Positions 1 to 13,943 of a stretch of 64,000 nt of DNA are shown here, in pieces; within the stretch, counting starts at the first letter, position 1, and every line of letters starts with the position of its first letter. The notes under the pieces are model-generated. The model was not told where the DNA came from, searched no databases, and saw nothing but the letters and a program-made list of their open reading frames with translations. The stretch is taken from NCBI GenBank assembly GCA_965248835.1, contig CBDFLJ010000001.1, positions 1,600,001 to 1,664,000 of the forward strand. The letters run 5' to 3'. The DNA comes from Alphaproteobacteria bacterium (GTDB lineage: Bacteria; Pseudomonadota; Alphaproteobacteria; MPNO01). Both the position numbers and the translations under genes were made by a program.

Positions 1-211
1 AGCGCTCGCGCGCCTCGGCCTCGAGCTTTTCGAGCTGGCGCTCGGTCATGCCGGGATAGTGCTCCAGCGTCATCGCGCTGATCCGGTCAGCGCCGGAGAT
101 ATCGCGCACCATGCCGACGAAGCTCGACAGCGCGCCGGCATCCGTCTTGCCGCCGCACAGCGCGTCGAACTCGGCGCCGATGTCGAAGTCGTGCTTCTGG
201 ACCCGGATCAT
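1..211 (-). CDS. moaE: molybdopterin synthase catalytic subunit (runs off window edge)
   Basis: Manual translation MIRVQKHDFDIGAEFDAL...FVGMVRD...MTLEHYPGMTERQL (LEHYPGM motif); follows moaD. Confidence 0.93.
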   Translation of the reverse strand, partial: MIRVQKHDFDIGAEFDALCGGKTDAGALSSFVGMVRDISGADRISAMTLEHYPGMTERQLEKLEAEARER

Positions 212-215
212 CGGC

Positions 216-467
216 CTATCCTCCGGTCATCGGCGGGAACAGCGCAACCTCGTCGTCGCCGGCGACCGGCGCATCGAAGCCGCAGAGCTCCTGGTTGACG
301 GCAACACGGATCGCCCGGCGGTCCTCCAGCGCGTGGTCATAGGGCGCGCCGCGCGCGCACAGCCATTCGATCAGCGAATCGACGTCGGCGACCTCGGCGG
401 GTGTTACGATCGTCTCGCGGTGCACGCCGATGCGCGCCCGCACCCGCCCGAAATAGAGCAGCTCCAT
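216..467 (-). CDS. moaD: molybdopterin synthase sulfur carrier subunit
   Basis: MELLYFGRVR...VAVNQE...DEVALFPPMTGG, C-terminal GG; 83 aa. Confidence 0.95.
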   Translation of the reverse strand: MELLYFGRVRARIGVHRETIVTPAEVADVDSLIEWLCARGAPYDHALEDRRAIRVAVNQELCGFDAPVAGDDEVALFPPMTGG

Positions 468-1720
468 CAACTCACCTCGCTGAACGGGATGAAATCGACC
501 ATGGCGCCGGGCGCCAGCTCGCCGAGGGCTTCGGGCAGCTCGACCAGCCCGTCGGCCTCGACCATCGAGGACAGGATGCCGGCCCCGTCGCGCGGGAACT
601 TCCGCACCGCCAGCGCTCCGTCCTCGTCGGTAAACAGGCTCACCCGCAGCCATTCGCGCCGCGAGACCTTCTTGCTGTAGCCGAAGGCCGCGCGCACCGG
701 GAACATGTGCGGCGGCGCATCTTCCGCTCCGGCCAGGCGCAGGATTGCCGGACGGGCGAAGCGCATGAAGGTCACCATCACCGCGACCGGGTTGCCGGGC
801 AGGCCGACGAACGGCACGCGGCCGACCTGGCCCAGGGCCAGGGGCCGACCCGGGCGGATCGCAAGGCGCCAGAAATGGATCCGGCCCAAATCCTCGACGG
901 CCGCGCGGACATGGTCTTCCTCGCCGGTCGAGACCCCGCCCGAGGTCATGATCAGATGATGGCTGGCGGCCGCCTCGGCCAGCGCCGCACGCACCGCCTC
1001 CAGGCGATCGGGCAGGATGCCGAGATCGTCGACCTCGCACCCCAGCCCGCCCAAGAGGCCGGCGATGGCGTAGCGGTTGGCGTCATAGATGCAGCCGGGC
1101 GGCAGGTCGTCGGTCACTTCGCGGACTTCGTCGCCGGTCGAGAACAGCGCGACGCGGAGCGGCCGGTAGACCGAAAGGCTCGCCCTTCCGACCGAGGCGG
1201 CGAGCCCGACATCCTGCGCCCGGAGCCGCCGTCCGGCGCGCAAGATGGTGGTGCCCGCGGCGATATCCTCGCCCGCGCGGCGCCGGTTCGCACCGCGCTT
1301 GATGCCCGGCGGCACGATGACGGTGGCGCCGTCCAGCGCGCAGTCTTCCTGCATCAGGACGGTGTCCGGACCGCTGGGCATCGGCGCGCCGGTGAAGATG
1401 CGCACCGCCTCGCCGCGGGAAACGACCCGGTCGGTCATCCGCCCGGCGGCGATCCGCTCGCCGACGCGGAGCCTGGTGTCGCCGCCGGTTTCGAGATCGT
1501 CGAAATAGACCGCGTAGCCGTCAACCGCGGCGTTGTCGTGCGGCGGCACCGCGACGGGGGCAAGCACGTCTTCTGCGAGAATCCGGCCGCATGCCGCCTT
1601 GAGCGCGACCGGTTCGGGCTCGACCACGACCTCAAGCCGTGCGCCCAGCAGGTCGAGCGCCTCGCCCGCGGTCATCAACTCGCCGCCGAAGGCGAAGCAG
1701 TCGTCGGAAAGCTGGGCCAT
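467..1720 (-). CDS. moeA: molybdopterin molybdotransferase
   Basis: MAQLSDDCFAF, VPPHDNAAVDGYA, RIFTGAPMP, STGDE, SGGVSTG, GLPGNPV. Confidence 0.95.
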   Translation of the reverse strand: MAQLSDDCFAFGGELMTAGEALDLLGARLEVVVEPEPVALKAACGRILAEDVLAPVAVPPHDNAAVDGYAVYFDDLETGGDTRLRVGERIAAGRMTDRVVSRGEAVRIFTGAPMPSGPDTVLMQEDCALDGATVIVPPGIKRGANRRRAGEDIAAGTTILRAGRRLRAQDVGLAASVGRASLSVYRPLRVALFSTGDEVREVTDDLPPGCIYDANRYAIAGLLGGLGCEVDDLGILPDRLEAVRAALAEAAASHHLIMTSGGVSTGEEDHVRAAVEDLGRIHFWRLAIRPGRPLALGQVGRVPFVGLPGNPVAVMVTFMRFARPAILRLAGAEDAPPHMFPVRAAFGYSKKVSRREWLRVSLFTDEDGALAVRKFPRDGAGILSSMVEADGLVELPEALGELAPGAMVDFIPFSEVS

Positions 1721-1721
1721 C

Positions 1722-2249
1722 TCAGACCGCTCCTCGATCCGCACCGTCGAGTCCGCAGTGCCGCAAGATGAAATCGGCGACCGCGGCGGCGTCGCCGAGA
1801 TCGAGCACCGGCACCGTGGCGTCCGGCACCGGTTCGTCGCTCGCCACTGCCACGACATCGGGGTCGTTCGTGAACAGCACCGTCTTGCCGAGCGAGGGGC
1901 GGTGGACCTCGAGCTTGTCGTGCGGGTCGGACTTGTAACCCTCGATCAGCACCAGGTCGACCGGTGCCATGCGGGCCAGGAGACCAGCGATGCGCGGCTC
2001 CGGCTCGCCGCGGTTTTCGTGCATCAGTGCGAACCGGTTGGCCGAGGAGACCACGACCTCGCGCGCGCCGGCCATGCGGTGGGTATGGGAATCCTTGCCC
2101 GGGGTGTCGATATCGAAGCCCGAATGGGCGTGCTTGATGGTCGAGACCGCGTAGCCGCGCCCGACCAGCTCGCCCAGAACGTGCTTCACCAATGTGGTCT
2201 TTCCGCTGCCGCTCCAGCCAACGATTCCAAGCACCGCCCGGTGGGACAT
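1722..2249 (-). CDS. mobB: molybdopterin-guanine dinucleotide biosynthesis protein B
   Basis: GWSGSGKTTL, IKHAH..FDID.PGKDS, DLVLIEGYK. Confidence 0.95.
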   Translation of the reverse strand: MSHRAVLGIVGWSGSGKTTLVKHVLGELVGRGYAVSTIKHAHSGFDIDTPGKDSHTHRMAGAREVVVSSANRFALMHENRGEPEPRIAGLLARMAPVDLVLIEGYKSDPHDKLEVHRPSLGKTVLFTNDPDVVAVASDEPVPDATVPVLDLGDAAAVADFILRHCGLDGADRGAV

Positions 2250-2253
2250 TCTC

Positions 2254-2841
2254 CTACTTTCCCGCGCCGCTGCCCGCCCTGGTGTCCTCTTCGAGGATGT
2301 AGCGCAGGCCGGCGCGCAGATAATCATAGCCGGTGGTCAGGGTGAGCAGCGCGGCCAGCCACAACAGCACCTCACCGATGCCGACCACCGGGATCGCGTC
2401 CGGCCCGGCATCGCCGACAAGCAGTATCGCAATAGCCGTCATTTGGATCGTGGTCTTCCATTTGGCAAGCCGGCTGACCGGCACGCCGATCTTGATGGCG
2501 GCGAGGAACTCCCGCAATCCCGAGATCAGGATCTCGCGGCACAGGATCACCAGGGCCGGCAGGACCGCAAGCCCCGAGATGTGGCCGAACGCGACCATCA
2601 TCATCAGCGTGGAGGCGACCAGAAGCTTGTCCGCCAGCGGGTCGAGGAACCGTCCGAAGGCCGACTGCTGGCCGAGCCGCCGCGCCAGATAGCCGTCGAA
2701 ATAGTCGGTCATGCCGGCGATGGTGAACATGCCGAAGGCGATCCAGTTGCCGAGCGTCCCGCCGAGGAACAACGCGGCGACCAGCACCGGAATGACGGCA
2801 ATCCTAAACAGGGTCAGGATATTGGGTAGGTTGCTCGCCAT
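2254..2841 (-). CDS. pgsA: CDP-diacylglycerol--glycerol-3-phosphate 3-phosphatidyltransferase
   Basis: NLPNILTLFRI, TDYFDGYLARR...FGRFLDPLADK; follows uvrC. Confidence 0.95.
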   Translation of the reverse strand: MASNLPNILTLFRIAVIPVLVAALFLGGTLGNWIAFGMFTIAGMTDYFDGYLARRLGQQSAFGRFLDPLADKLLVASTLMMMVAFGHISGLAVLPALVILCREILISGLREFLAAIKIGVPVSRLAKWKTTIQMTAIAILLVGDAGPDAIPVVGIGEVLLWLAALLTLTTGYDYLRAGLRYILEEDTRAGSGAGK

Positions 2842-2887
2842 TGTCCTGCCGCACTCAACCGCGCCGCGGATCGCAGCCGGAATCGTG

Positions 2888-4852
2888 TTATGGCCCACCA
2901 CGGAAATGATCGTAAACCCGTTTTGCGACGGTCCGACTGATGCCCTCGACGGTCTCCAGGTCGGTCAGGCCTGCCTTGGCGACGCCCGCAGCCGAGCCGA
3001 AATGGTTGAGCAGCGCCCGCTTCCGGCGCGCGCCGATGCCCTGGATCTCATCGAGCGGAGATGCCGTGATCGCCTTCGAGCGCCGCGCCCGGTGGGACCC
3101 GACGGCGAAACGGTGGGCCTCATCGCGCAGCCGCTGCATGAAATATAGCACCGGGTCGTTGGGCGGCAGCATGAAAGGCGCCCGGCCGGCCATATGGAAC
3201 CGCTCGCGCCCGGCGTCGCGGTCGGGTCCCTTGGCAATACAGACCAGCGCCAGGTCATCGATCCCCAGGTCGGCCATCACCTCGCCGACCGCGCCGAGCT
3301 GGCCCGGCCCGCCGTCGACCACCACCAGATCGGGCCAGCCGCCGCCCTCGCGGCCCGGGTCCTCGCGGATCGTGCGCGCGAAGCGCCGGTGCAGCACCTC
3401 GCGCATCATCGCATAGTCGTCGCCGGGCGCGATCTCGCCGGATCGGATATTGAACTTTCGATAGGCGCTCTTCACGAAGCCCTCGGGCCCGGCGACGATC
3501 ATCGCGCCCAGCGCGTTCGATCCGGAGATATGGCTGTTGTCGAACACCTCGATCCGGTTGGGCGCGCCGTCCAGCCCGAAAAGCTCGGCCGCGCCGTCGA
3601 GCAGCCGGCGCTGGGCCGAGCTCTCCGCGAGCCGGCGGCCGAGCGATTCGCGGGTGTTGGCAATCGCCGTGTCCAGCAGCTTGCGCCGCGTCCCGCGGAC
3701 CGGCACCGACAGCGCGACCCGCCTGCCGGCGCGGATCGCCAGCGCCTCGCCGAGCAGCGCCGAATCGCTCGGCTCAGCGCTCACGAGCACCAGCGGCGGC
3801 GGCCGCTTGTCGCTGTAGAACTGCCCCAGGAAGGCGGCCAGGACGAGCTGGACCGGCTGGTCCTTGGCCTGGGCCGGGAAGTAGGTGCGGTTGCCGTAAT
3901 TCTGGCCGGCGCGGAAGAAAAAGACCTGAATGCATGTCTGGCCGGCCTCCTGGGCCGCGGCCACCACGTCCGCGGTGCCCAGCGAGCGCACGTTGACGTC
4001 CTGATGGGCCTGGATCTCCGACAGCGCGCGGATGCGGTCGCGGTAGACCGCCGCGGTCTCGAACTCCAGCGCCCGGCTCGCTGCCTCCATCCGCGCGGAC
4101 AGGAACTGCCGCAGGTTGTGGCTGCGTCCGGCGAGAAATGCGCGCGCCTGCTCGACGATGTCGGCGTACGCGTCCGCATCGATGCGGCCGACGCAGGGCG
4201 CCGAGCAGCGCTTGATCTGATATTGCAGGCACGGCCGGGTGCGTCCGGCGAACACCGAATCCGAGCACGAGCGCAGCGGGAAGACTTTCTGCAACGCCGA
4301 CAACGTGCGGTTGACCGCCCCGGGCGAGGCGAAGGGGCCGAAATATTCGCCCTTGCGGCTGCGCGCTCCGCGGTGCTTGAGGAGCTGCGGCCATTCGTGA
4401 TCGGCGGTCAGCAGGATGTGCGGGAACGACTTGTCGTCCCGCATGAGGATGTTGTAGCGCGGCTTCTGCTGCTTGATCATGTTGCTTTCCAGCAGCAGCG
4501 CTTCGACCTCCGTATGGGTGGTGATGACTTCGAGCGATTGGGTCTGGGCGATCATGCGATGCAGCCGCGGCGGCAGCCGGCCGGGCCTGGTGTAGGCGCT
4601 GACCCGCTTGCGCAGGTTCTTCGCCTTGCCGATATAGAGCGGCGTGCCCTGGTCATCGAGCATGCGATAGACCCCGGGCGCGGACGGCAGGGTCCTGAGC
4701 TGGGCGGCGATCGCGTCCACGCCGACGGCCAGCGTTTCGGCCCAGCGGATCTCCAGCGACGGCTCCGACGCCGCGCTGCGGCGCGCTCCGGAGCCGCTCG
4801 GAGGCCCGGCGGTGGCCGAAATTTCGTCTCGTCTCGTCCCGTTTCCGCCCAT
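2888..4852 (-). CDS. uvrC: excinuclease ABC subunit C
   Basis: GIY-YIG ([15 protein letters not shown]), [21 protein letters not shown], HhH; start codon uncertain. Confidence 0.95.
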   Translation of the reverse strand: MGGNGTRRDEISATAGPPSGSGARRSAASEPSLEIRWAETLAVGVDAIAAQLRTLPSAPGVYRMLDDQGTPLYIGKAKNLRKRVSAYTRPGRLPPRLHRMIAQTQSLEVITTHTEVEALLLESNMIKQQKPRYNILMRDDKSFPHILLTADHEWPQLLKHRGARSRKGEYFGPFASPGAVNRTLSALQKVFPLRSCSDSVFAGRTRPCLQYQIKRCSAPCVGRIDADAYADIVEQARAFLAGRSHNLRQFLSARMEAASRALEFETAAVYRDRIRALSEIQAHQDVNVRSLGTADVVAAAQEAGQTCIQVFFFRAGQNYGNRTYFPAQAKDQPVQLVLAAFLGQFYSDKRPPPLVLVSAEPSDSALLGEALAIRAGRRVALSVPVRGTRRKLLDTAIANTRESLGRRLAESSAQRRLLDGAAELFGLDGAPNRIEVFDNSHISGSNALGAMIVAGPEGFVKSAYRKFNIRSGEIAPGDDYAMMREVLHRRFARTIREDPGREGGGWPDLVVVDGGPGQLGAVGEVMADLGIDDLALVCIAKGPDRDAGRERFHMAGRAPFMLPPNDPVLYFMQRLRDEAHRFAVGSHRARRSKAITASPLDEIQGIGARRKRALLNHFGSAAGVAKAGLTDLETVEGISRTVAKRVYDHFRGGP

Positions 4853-4908
4853 CGGGTCACCAACGCGACTCTTGCGGGTTAGAGCATGTTCCGAACACGG
4901 TGTACCAT

Positions 4909-5307
4909 TCAAGCGGTTCGGCTCGTCCCGCTGATCCGTTCGATTTCGACGCCCACGCTGTCCATGTCGGCAAATACATCGAGCTTCTCGACGCGCACAC
5001 GCGCACGTTGCACACGCGCATCCGACAGGCAGATTTCGGCGATCCGCTCGGCAAGCGTCTCGACCAGGTTTACGTGGCCCGCCTCGGCCAGGCCGCGCAG
5101 GCCGAGGACCAGGGTTTCGTAGTTGACGACATCGGCAAGGCGGTCCGTCGGCGCGATGTCCGGCTCGGCGACCTCGAGGTCGAGATTGATCCGGACCCTC
5201 TGCTTGCCATTGCGCTCGTGGCGGTAGACGCCGATCCGGCACTCCAGGACGAGGTCGCGCACCAACATGCGCCGCCTCGCGCCGGCGGTCTGGGGTCCTG
5301 CGTTCAT
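4909..5307 (-). CDS. folB: dihydroneopterin aldolase
   Basis: [38 protein letters not shown]. Confidence 0.88.
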   Translation of the reverse strand: MNAGPQTAGARRRMLVRDLVLECRIGVYRHERNGKQRVRINLDLEVAEPDIAPTDRLADVVNYETLVLGLRGLAEAGHVNLVETLAERIAEICLSDARVQRARVRVEKLDVFADMDSVGVEIERISGTSRTA

Positions 5308-6077
5308 TCGGCGACCGGTCCGGCACCGGCGCGCGGTTGCGCCCAGCCGAGATGCTGCCCGCCGTCGAGCGCGACCATCTGGCCGGTCATCGCCGGCGCC
5401 TCGAGGATGAAAGCCACCGCGCGGGCGACCTCTTCGGGCGTGGTCCCCCGGCCCAGCGGCATCATCGCCGCCTGCCGGTCGAACTGGGCGCGCGACTGAC
5501 GCGGGCTCGGCAGCGTCGGCCCGGGTCCGATCGCGTTGACCCGGATGCGCGGTGCCAAGGCCAGCGCCATCGTCCGGGTTAGCGTCCACAGGCCCGCCTT
5601 GCTCAGGGTGTAGGAGACGAAATGGGGCGTGAGGTTCCACACCCGTTCGTCGAGGATGTTGATCACGACGCCGTCGCGTTCCGCCGGCAGGGTCTCGGCC
5701 AGCCGCTGGATGAGCACGAAGGGCGCCCGCAAATTGGTCTCCAGGTGCCGGTCCCAGCTTTCGCGCGTCGCGCTCGTGACCGAGTCGTGCTCGAAGACCG
5801 AGGCGTTGTTGACCAGAACCTCGACCGGGCCGAGTGCCTCGGCCGCGCGGCCGATCAGCGCCCCGGTCTGCGCTTCCTCGGTGAGATCGGCGGCGATCGC
5901 CACCGCGCGGCCGCCCAGCCGTTCGATTTCGCCGACCGTTTCCAGGGCGTCGCTTCGGGAGCCGCCGTAGTGGACCGCGACCGGCCGCCCGCAGCCTGCG
6001 AGGCCGAGCGCGATCGCGCGTCCGATGCGGCGCGCGGCACCTGTGACCAGCGCCGCGCCGGGCTGTGGTTCGGACAT
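5304..6077 (-). CDS. SDR oxidoreductase, pteridine reductase/FolM-like
   Basis: [17 protein letters not shown]; overlaps the folB start. Confidence 0.85.
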   Translation of the reverse strand: MSEPQPGAALVTGAARRIGRAIALGLAGCGRPVAVHYGGSRSDALETVGEIERLGGRAVAIAADLTEEAQTGALIGRAAEALGPVEVLVNNASVFEHDSVTSATRESWDRHLETNLRAPFVLIQRLAETLPAERDGVVINILDERVWNLTPHFVSYTLSKAGLWTLTRTMALALAPRIRVNAIGPGPTLPSPRQSRAQFDRQAAMMPLGRGTTPEEVARAVAFILEAPAMTGQMVALDGGQHLGWAQPRAGAGPVAE

Positions 6078-6128
6078 GGCCGCACCATTGCGCGATCGCC
6101 GGCCGCGATCAAGTGGCCGGCGGTCCTC

Positions 6129-7109
6129 TCAGGACTGGCCCGCCACGTAGGTGCCGCTGATACCCCAGAACTGGCATGTCACATAGGCGGCGTAGAGGAC
6201 GAGAAGGGCTGTGCCTTCCGCGCGGCTGAGCCGCCAGCCGGACATCAGGAACGGCAGCAGCAGAACCGTCACCCCGGCCAGCACCCACAGATCGAATGCG
6301 ATGATCTGGTCGGGGAACGGCACCGGTGTCGCGATCGCGGTGATGCCCAGGATCCCGAAGAGATTGAAGATGTTGCTGCCGATGACGTTGCCCAGGCACA
6401 CGTCGGAATGACCGCGATAGGCCGCGACCAGCGAGGTGGCCAGTTCCGGCAGCGAGGTGCCGACCGCGATCAGGGTAAGGCCGATCACCTCCTCCGGGAT
6501 GCCGGCAGCCATCGCAAGGGCGGTCGCGCCGCCGACCAACAGCTCCGCGCCCAAGCCGATCGCCGCGAAACCGCCGATGATCGCAACAGTCATCACCCAG
6601 AGCCGCTCGGGCAGGCCGGTAACCTCGTCGGCCTCCTCGCGGTGAAGCTGGGCGGCAGCATCGTCGGAGCGCATATCGCGCCACAGCGACAGGCCGATAT
6701 AGAGCGCCAGGGCGGCGACCATCAGCACGCCCTCGTGCAACTCGACCGAGCCGCTCAGGCCGATGACGATGAACACGGCCGTGATGCCGGCCATGCACAG
6801 CCCGTCCCGCCGGACCGCCTGCGGGTTGACGACGATCGGGCACACCAGGGCCGCCGCGCCCATGATCAGCATCATGTTGGCAAGGTTGCTGCCGACGACG
6901 TTGCCCACGGCGATACCGGGTGCGCCGTTCAAGGCGGCGTTCAGGCTGACCAGCAGCTCGGGCAGCGAGGTGCCGAAGCCGACGATGGTCAGCCCGATGA
7001 CCAGCGGCGAGACATCGAAACGGCGTGCCAGCGCCACCGCGCCGCGCACCACGACCTCCCCGCCGAAGAACAGCAGCACAAAACCGACGGCGAGCGACAA
7101 GAAGGTCAT
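6129..7109 (-). CDS. calcium/sodium antiporter (YrbG/CaCA family)
   Basis: Two GTSLPEL...GNV.GSN repeats; hydrophobic. Confidence 0.92.
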   Translation of the reverse strand: MTFLSLAVGFVLLFFGGEVVVRGAVALARRFDVSPLVIGLTIVGFGTSLPELLVSLNAALNGAPGIAVGNVVGSNLANMMLIMGAAALVCPIVVNPQAVRRDGLCMAGITAVFIVIGLSGSVELHEGVLMVAALALYIGLSLWRDMRSDDAAAQLHREEADEVTGLPERLWVMTVAIIGGFAAIGLGAELLVGGATALAMAAGIPEEVIGLTLIAVGTSLPELATSLVAAYRGHSDVCLGNVIGSNIFNLFGILGITAIATPVPFPDQIIAFDLWVLAGVTVLLLPFLMSGWRLSRAEGTALLVLYAAYVTCQFWGISGTYVAGQS

Positions 7110-7268
7110 CGAGGCAATGTCGAACCGAGCTTGCAGGTCGGGCGCATTGAAGCCGTTTCCGACCGCGGCTGCCGCGGCGGCAAGGACCTCCTCCCGTTCC
7201 CCCCAATATGGGGGCGTGGCCGGGCCAGTTCCAGGCGCGGTATGCGGCGGGCACTTTCCTGCGGACGC

Positions 7269-9395
7269 TTAGGGCCCGCGGCGCTGCTTTCGCCGGTATT
7301 TCGACTTGCCGCCGGACTTCGCGCTCCGGGCGGCGCGGATGCGCGCGTTCAGGCGTTTCTCGCCGGTCGGGATGCCCAGGTCGGTGGCCTCCAGGCGGCG
7401 GATCTCGTCGCGGAGCTGCGCGGCTTCCTCGAACTCCAGGTTGGCGGCGGCATCGTGCATCCGTTTTTCCAGGTCCGCGACGTAGGTCTGCAGGTTGTGG
7501 CCGATCAGGTTGGGCATCTCCTCGTCCAGCGTGCCCACCGTCACCCGGTCCTGCTCGTAGACCGACTCCAGAATGTCGACGATGCCCTTGCGCACGCTGT
7601 GCGGCGTGATCCCGTTGGCCTCGTTGAACGCGGCCTGCTTGGCGCGCCGGCGGTCGGTCTCCTTGATCGCGTAGTCGAGCGAGGACGTCATCGTGTCGGC
7701 ATAGAGGATCACCCGCCCGTCGATGTTGCGTGCGGCGCGGCCGATGGTCTGGACCAGGGAGGTCTGCGAGCGCAGGAAGCCCTCCTTGTCGGCATCGAGG
7801 ATCGCGACCAGCGCGCATTCCGGGATGTCCAACCCCTCGCGCAAGAGGTTGATTCCGACCAGCACGTCGAACGCGCCCAGCCGGAGGTCGCGGATGATCT
7901 CGATGCGCTCCAGCGTGTCGACATCCGAATGCAGGTAGCGGACGCGGATGCCGGCCTCTTGCAGGTACTCGGTGAGATCCTCGGCCATGCGCTTGGTGAG
8001 CGTGGTGACCAGCACCCGCTGGCCGGCCTCGGCCGCAATGCGGCATTCCCCCATCAGGTCGTCGACCTGGTGCTCGACCGGTCGGACGATGCAGACCGGA
8101 TCGATCAGTCCGGTGGGCCGGATCACCTGTTCGATGAACGCCCCGCCGGTACGCTCGATCTCCCACTTCCCCGGGGTCGCGGAGACGAACACCGACAGCG
8201 GCCGCATCGCGTCCCACTCCTCGAACTTCAGCGGCCGGTTGTCGACACAGGACGGCAGCCGAAAGCCGTATTCGGCAAGGGTCGATTTGCGGTTGAAGTC
8301 GCCGCGGAACATGCCGCCGAGCTGGGGAACCGTCACGTGACTCTCGTCGACGATCAGCAAGGCGTCCTCGGGCAGGTACTCGAACAGCGTCGGCGGCGGT
8401 TCGCCGGGCTGGCGTCCGGTCAGGAACCGCGAATAGTTCTCGATGCCGGCGCACTGGCCGGTGGTCTCCATCATCTCCAGGTCGAAATTCGTGCGCTGCT
8501 CCAGGCGCTCGGCCTCCAGCAGCTTGCCGTTGGCGCGGAACCACTCCAGCCGCTCGGCCAGCTCGATCTTCATCAGCTTCATCGCCTGGCGCAGCGTCGG
8601 GCGCGGCGTGACGTAATGGCTGTTGGCATAGACCGTCACCGATGGGAGCCTGGTCGATTTCTCGCCGGTCAGCGGATCGAATTCGTGGATCGACTCGACC
8701 TCATCGCCGAACAGCGACAGCCGCCAGGCACGGTCCTCGTAATGGGCCGGAAAGATCTCGATCGAATCGCCGCGCACCCGGAACGTGCCGCGCACGAAGT
8801 TGGCATCGTTGCGGCGGTATTGCAGCTCGACCAGCCGCTTGAGCAGCGCGCCCTGGTCGAGCCGGCGGCCGGTCTCGATCAGGATGGTCATCTCCGAATA
8901 AGTCTCCACCGAGCCGATGCCGTAGATGCACGACACCGAGGCGACGATGATCACGTCGCGGCGCTCGAGCAACGAGCGGGTCGCGGAATGGCGCATCCGG
9001 TCGATCTGCTCGTTGATCGAGGAGTCCTTCTCGATATAGGTGTCGGTGCGCGGCACGTAGGCCTCGGGCTGGTAGTAGTCGTAGTAGGAGACGAAATACT
9101 CGACCGCGTTGTTTGGGAAGAAGCCGCGCATCTCGCCGTAGAGCTGGGCGGCCAGGGTCTTGTTGGGCGCTAGGATCAGCGTCGTCCGGGCGACCGCCTG
9201 GATGACGTGGGCCATGGTGAAGGTCTTGCCCGACCCGGTGACCCCGAGCAGGACCTGCTCTCGCTCGTCGCACCTTATGCCCTGGATGATCTCCGCGATG
9301 GCCTGCGGCTGGTCGCCGGCCGGAACGAACGGCGAGACCACCTCGAATGGGGCGCCGGCCGCGGCCGCGGGCCGTTCTGCGATGACCGTGCTCAT
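7269..9395 (-). CDS. uvrB: excinuclease ABC subunit B
   Basis: [38 protein letters not shown] coiled coil. Confidence 0.97.
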   Translation of the reverse strand: MSTVIAERPAAAAGAPFEVVSPFVPAGDQPQAIAEIIQGIRCDEREQVLLGVTGSGKTFTMAHVIQAVARTTLILAPNKTLAAQLYGEMRGFFPNNAVEYFVSYYDYYQPEAYVPRTDTYIEKDSSINEQIDRMRHSATRSLLERRDVIIVASVSCIYGIGSVETYSEMTILIETGRRLDQGALLKRLVELQYRRNDANFVRGTFRVRGDSIEIFPAHYEDRAWRLSLFGDEVESIHEFDPLTGEKSTRLPSVTVYANSHYVTPRPTLRQAMKLMKIELAERLEWFRANGKLLEAERLEQRTNFDLEMMETTGQCAGIENYSRFLTGRQPGEPPPTLFEYLPEDALLIVDESHVTVPQLGGMFRGDFNRKSTLAEYGFRLPSCVDNRPLKFEEWDAMRPLSVFVSATPGKWEIERTGGAFIEQVIRPTGLIDPVCIVRPVEHQVDDLMGECRIAAEAGQRVLVTTLTKRMAEDLTEYLQEAGIRVRYLHSDVDTLERIEIIRDLRLGAFDVLVGINLLREGLDIPECALVAILDADKEGFLRSQTSLVQTIGRAARNIDGRVILYADTMTSSLDYAIKETDRRRAKQAAFNEANGITPHSVRKGIVDILESVYEQDRVTVGTLDEEMPNLIGHNLQTYVADLEKRMHDAAANLEFEEAAQLRDEIRRLEATDLGIPTGEKRLNARIRAARSAKSGGKSKYRRKQRRGP

Positions 9396-9408
9396 GGACC
9401 GAATATAA

Positions 9409-10710
<1,302 letters not shown>

Positions 10711-10815
10711 CCGTCCGGCGATTCCTCTTGATTCGCTCCGGACGCGCTGGAAGATTAGCGGGTCGAAGCTCGCGGACGTGCCGCGCAGGGTCAGCCGAAA
10801 ACGGGGGAAAACTCA

Positions 10816-12846
10816 ATGGCAGGGGAGAACGGGACACGCTGCGTTGCGATTGTCGGGCCGTATTTGAACGGCAAGACCTCGCTGATGGAGAGCCTGCTGT
10901 CGGTCTCCGGCGCGACCCACCGCAAGGGCTCGGTCAAGGAAGGCAACACCGTCGGCGATTCCACGTCCGAGGCACGCGGCCGCCAGATGTCGATCGAAGT
11001 CTCGGTCGGCACGACGCACTATCTGGGCGACGACTGGGTGTTCCTCGACTGTCCCGGCTCGATCGAGATGCAGCAGGAGGCGATCAACGCGCTGACGGTC
11101 TGCGACCTCGCGGTCGTGGTCTACGAGCCCTCGACCGAGCGCGCGATGACGCTGGCGCCGATCTTCAAGCTGTTGTCCGACTACAAGATCCCCCACATCG
11201 TGTTCCTCAACAAGATCGACACGATCTCCGAGTCGGTCCCGGCGGTCTATCAGGCGCTGCGCGAAGTCGAGATTTCCCCATTGGTGCTGCGCCAGATTCC
11301 GATCGGCAAGGGCGAGGACGTCACCGGCTATGTCGATCTGATCAGCGGCCGGGCCTACGAATACACCGCCGGCGAGGGCTCGGCGGTGATCGACATCCCG
11401 GCCGAGTTGGCCGATGACTACGAGCTCGCCCGCGGCGAGATGCTCGAGGCGCTGGCCGATTTCAACGACAGCCTGCTCGAGCGTCTGCTGGAGGACGAGG
11501 TCCCCAATGTCGAGGAGGTTTACGGCTTCCTGACCGAAGGCATGCAGGCGGCAAATGTCGTCCCCGTCATGATCGGATCGGCCGAGCGGGATTTCGGCAT
11601 CAGGCGGCTGCTCAAGGCGTTGCGCCACGAGGTGCCGGGCTGCGCGGTCGCCAAGGCCCGGCTCGGGATCGGCGATACCGACGGCACCCTCGCGCAGGTC
11701 TTCAAGACCTATCACGCGCAGCACGCCGGCAAGCTTTCGCTGGCCCGGGTTTTCGCCGGCTCGGTCACCGAAGGCATGACCTTGAACGGCCAGCGGGTCG
11801 GCAGCCTGCTGTCGCTGATGGGCAGCCAGCAGACCAAGCTCGACGCGGCGGGACCGGGCCAGGTCGCAGCGCTGGGCCGGATGGACGGGATCAAGACCGG
11901 CGATCTGTTGACCGACAGCGGCGATGGCGCGGGCACGACCGCCTGGCCGGCGCCCCTCAAGCCGGTTTACGCGCTGGCGATCTCGCCGGAAAACCGCAGC
12001 GACGAGGTCAAGCTCACCGGCGCGCTGCAACGGCTCAACGAGGAGGACCCCTCGGTCACCTATGAACAGAACGCCGATACCAGGGAGATGGTGCTGCGCG
12101 GCCAGGGCGAGATCCATCTCCAGGTGGCGCTGGAGAAGCTGAAGAACCGCTACAACGTCTCGGCCACCTCGACCAGGCCCTCGGTCCCCTACAAGGAGAC
12201 CATCCGCAAGGCGATCTCCCAGCACGGCCGGTTCAAACGCCAGACCGGCGGGCACGGCATGTTCGGCGACGTCCATGTCGACATCGCGCCCAAGCCGCGC
12301 GGCGAGGGCTTCGAGTTCACCGACAAGATCGTCGGCGGCTCGATTCCCAAGCAGTTCATCCCCGCTGTCGAATCCGGCGTGAAGGAGTTCGCCGACCAGG
12401 GCCCGCTGGGCTTCCCGGTGGTGGATTTCGGCGTCAGGCTGACCGACGGGCAGTTCCATGCCGTGGACAGCAATGAGATGTCCTTCAAACTCGCCGCCCG
12501 GGTCGCGATGGCCGAGGGCATGCCGAAATGCGATCCGGTGCTGTTGGAGCCGATCTCCAAGGTCGAGATCGACGTCCCGGCCGAATACACCAACAAGGTG
12601 CACGGTCTGATCAGCGGAAGGCGCGGCCAGATCCTCGGCTTCATCCCCAAGGAGGGCTGGAAGGGTTGGGACACGGTCGAGGCGCACATGCCGTCATCGG
12701 ATATTCTCGATCTGATCATCGAGCTGCGCTCGCTGAGCCAGGGGGTGGGTACCTACAGGTCACGCTTCGACCACCTGCAGGAGCTCACCGGCCGCCTGGC
12801 CGACCGGGTGATCGAGGCCCGCAAGGAGGCTCAGGCCGCCGACTGA
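10816..12846 (+). CDS. elongation factor G paralogue (EF-G2/FusA2-like)
   Basis: Five-domain EF-G layout: NKID, GQGEIHL, PYKETI, RQTGGHGMFG, VDSNEMSF, LLEPI; divergent G1 (GPYLNGKT) and G3 (DCPGS). Confidence 0.9.
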   Translation: MAGENGTRCVAIVGPYLNGKTSLMESLLSVSGATHRKGSVKEGNTVGDSTSEARGRQMSIEVSVGTTHYLGDDWVFLDCPGSIEMQQEAINALTVCDLAVVVYEPSTERAMTLAPIFKLLSDYKIPHIVFLNKIDTISESVPAVYQALREVEISPLVLRQIPIGKGEDVTGYVDLISGRAYEYTAGEGSAVIDIPAELADDYELARGEMLEALADFNDSLLERLLEDEVPNVEEVYGFLTEGMQAANVVPVMIGSAERDFGIRRLLKALRHEVPGCAVAKARLGIGDTDGTLAQVFKTYHAQHAGKLSLARVFAGSVTEGMTLNGQRVGSLLSLMGSQQTKLDAAGPGQVAALGRMDGIKTGDLLTDSGDGAGTTAWPAPLKPVYALAISPENRSDEVKLTGALQRLNEEDPSVTYEQNADTREMVLRGQGEIHLQVALEKLKNRYNVSATSTRPSVPYKETIRKAISQHGRFKRQTGGHGMFGDVHVDIAPKPRGEGFEFTDKIVGGSIPKQFIPAVESGVKEFADQGPLGFPVVDFGVRLTDGQFHAVDSNEMSFKLAARVAMAEGMPKCDPVLLEPISKVEIDVPAEYTNKVHGLISGRRGQILGFIPKEGWKGWDTVEAHMPSSDILDLIIELRSLSQGVGTYRSRFDHLQELTGRLADRVIEARKEAQAAD

Positions 12847-12914
12847 CCACAGGCCGGCGTCTTTCGCTCTTGCGGGTGGTCTATGGTGGGGAACGGACCG
12901 AAGGAGGACGCGCG

Positions 12915-13862
<948 letters not shown>

Positions 13863-13943
13863 CGCCGGGATCGGCGCGGCCGGCGTTGACAGCCGCATCC
13901 TGGCCGTCGCCCAATCGGTGAACTTCGAGCCGGGGAGGGCTCC

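Noticed and set aside
4885-4906. Alphaproteobacterial LexA box upstream of uvrC
   Set aside because: GTTC/GAAC spacing does not fit GTTC-N7-GTTC; better explained as the dispersed repeat
5622-9173. 1183-aa plus-strand ORF and many similar long ORFs (e.g. 10813-12687, 27227-28819, 43348-46086, 55793-58099)
   Set aside because: Antisense or alternate-frame shadows of well-supported genes, expected at high GC; no recognisable motifs
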